From Ramazzottius varieornatus (Eukaryota > Animalia > Tardigrada): a stretch of DNA of 64,000 nucleotides. Position numbers and translations under genes: made by a program. The stretch lies in assembly GCA_001949185.1 (NCBI GenBank), contig BDGG01000003.1, positions 3,579,158 to 3,643,157 of the forward strand. The letters run 5' to 3'. The notes below the pieces were generated by a model. It was not told the origin of the DNA, did not search any database, and worked only from the letters and a program-made list of their open reading frames with translations. Positions within the stretch are counted from its first letter, which is position 1. Each line of letters opens with the position of its first letter. Positions 62,093 to 64,000 of this stretch are shown here, in pieces.

Positions 62093-63167
62093 CGATCGAT
62101 CTCTTCGGTAAACGGGCTCGTTCGTCTGAGACTTCTTTCCGCTTTGTGACTTATCTCATGGCAGGGTTCCCTGTAAGGTGTTTGGATGTCAGAATATCGC
62201 TGCATTAATGTATGCGAAACTTAAAAGCGACAGCCAGAAATGATGCATCACGGGCTCGTTGACAGTTCCTGTTCGAGGATAAACTCAAATAGCCATCTTC
62301 TGCATGATATTATGCAAAACCGTTTTCGACAGTTCTTGGACCGACGCGTCTAAATTTGCAAATTATTCACTCATGTAAACAGTTTCTTCTGTATGGTGTT
62401 CGACCTTACAGAGTGACAAAAAAGAGTTATGCGTCTAAATTTCCTGCCTGTTTTTCTCCGTAGCAGTGTTCACATTTGGTACATAGATAGACAGTCTGGT
62501 ACTTTCCTGTCCGTGAATAGTATAAACTGTATTGAACGCCGTTCAACCATGAGTTTGCTAATTATTTATCTAAGGTATGAAACGATATTGAATTTCGAAG
62601 TTATTAATTACAGTTATATGCAGGTGGACAGTCACTAACTTAGAAATAAGTACGTCATAGGGTCTTCGGGGTCTTTTGAGTTTCATTCCGCCTCATGTGA
62701 CTAATTTTTCCGCCTCACGTGACTGACTACCAATTTTTGTCTAATTGCCAGAGGCTAAAGAGTTCTCCACTGTATAAGCTCGCCGTAGGTCCATCAGCTG
62801 TAAACCGTGACTTCACTTCGCACCTTACTCTTATTCAATCTTCTTCTGACACAAAGCGTAGAGTGCCTTAGCAGAACCGGATCTTGACTGATTGCTCATA
62901 GAAAAAATCTGTTTCTTTTTCAATTCTAACGTCCTTCTCCGTGTTGAAAGTCGTTACAGAATTATCCGTCGGATTAGCTGATCGTGAATTAGGTTTTGAT
63001 AAAACAGTGTGTCGAAAGGGGTTTTGATCTGCATAAAGAACGCTCCATCTTTGTGGCTACCTTGACTGAGTTCTTTGGGGCTTATATTCCGCCGAAGCTT
63101 GCTGAACCTGGATGATTGGAAGATGAAGCCCAGGAGTCTCTCAGTGTATCTCTCGCTACATCGGATT

Positions 63168-64000
63168 ATGTCCGCTGTTTTATTTATTATTTTGGGTTCG
63201 TCACCGTTCTTCTATCAGATCTTACCGAATTCTTCCCTCGAGCTTTTGGAGTGTGATATAATTACGTGATTGATTTTCGAAGTCGTGTGTGTGTGTCTGC
63301 AGGAATGTTTTCCAGATGTAGTGCGCAGCTATCCCCGAAGCCCTGCCTGCCAGCTGCGCGAGCCAGCGGTGAAACCGCCTGTCTCCGACACACAAACGAT
63401 CTCTTGTTCAACGAGACAAAGTTCTTCTTCGGGAGAGACCTGGATGCGCTATGCGACAACTCCTCCGTAAATAATCCTGACGATCTGAATTGTTTTGTTG
63501 ACGATGGACCTACGAGACGGTATTCGCTAGCGAGCCGACTGTTCTCCAACATACTCAAGCCAGAATCGGTGGACCGTTTCATGACAGTCACGTTTTCCAC
63601 TGGCGCAGGTGAGCACAGCGTCGAAATGAACGAACGGTGTTCTTTCTAGGTCTCTAAAGCGCGAAGTAGGTCGATTGTGTTTTCTGACGGCTTCGAGTGT
63701 TCTTGACGCTCTTAATCTGTATGTGGGAGGGTGGACAACATGCTGGTGAGGTTCATCACGCACCTGCATACATGCGCGTCATTTAGTTAGACTGGTGTAT
63801 GCAAGTGAAAGCAAAGAGCTTTCTGTTCTGACAAACCGGAAGCTCCTAGCCTGACTTTGTACGGAATACTGTCTAGTGTTTTATTTCTTCTTCAGGAAGG
63901 TATAGGGCGTGTGGAGCGGAAGGTTTTCCCATTGAGGAGAGCACGATCGACGTTAATCCCGACATGGACCCAGCGTCGGCTGTCTACTTGCGTACCCCAA
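63168..64000 (+). CDS. Putative secreted Cys-containing protein, 5' exons only (runs off the window)
   Basis: Spliced MSAVLFIILG|MFSRCSAQLSPKPC signal peptide; open exon 63303-63608; plausible downstream exons. Confidence 0.45.

Noticed and set aside
61466-62208. Overlapping 100-180 aa ORFs
   Set aside because: They coincide with a foldback repeat and have no protein-like motifs.

Overview
Compact, gene-dense invertebrate animal genomic DNA with mostly 55-100 nt introns. A tardigrade such as Ramazzottius would fit, but that is inference only. About 19 spliced protein-coding genes can be reconstructed: caprin, coatomer zeta, a TSSK-like kinase, a lamin-tail-like membrane protein, ITFG2, an aldo-keto reductase, 5-oxoprolinase, cathepsin B, GTP-PEPCK, a QxxRW GT2 glycosyltransferase, two tandem PM20D2 peptidases, PNP, Golgi alpha-mannosidase II, IMPAD1/BPNT2, an RRM protein, two secreted mini-cadherin-like proteins and a truncated secreted protein. 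Mobile DNA comprises two pogo elements with intact TIRs and TA duplications, a decayed APE-RT LINE and many palindromic MITEs. One pogo is nested three deep, and one IS3EU-like element has a 6-bp TSD whose removal restores the LINE frame. The most striking unexplained signal is a family of ~110-135 bp hairpins with a conserved core CAAGTGGCGCAC-N25-GTGCGCCACTTG. I found 10 copies, all inside introns of 8 unrelated genes, in both orientations, with an almost invariant 25-nt spacer of variable sequence. Exon boundaries were read by eye and are approximate.
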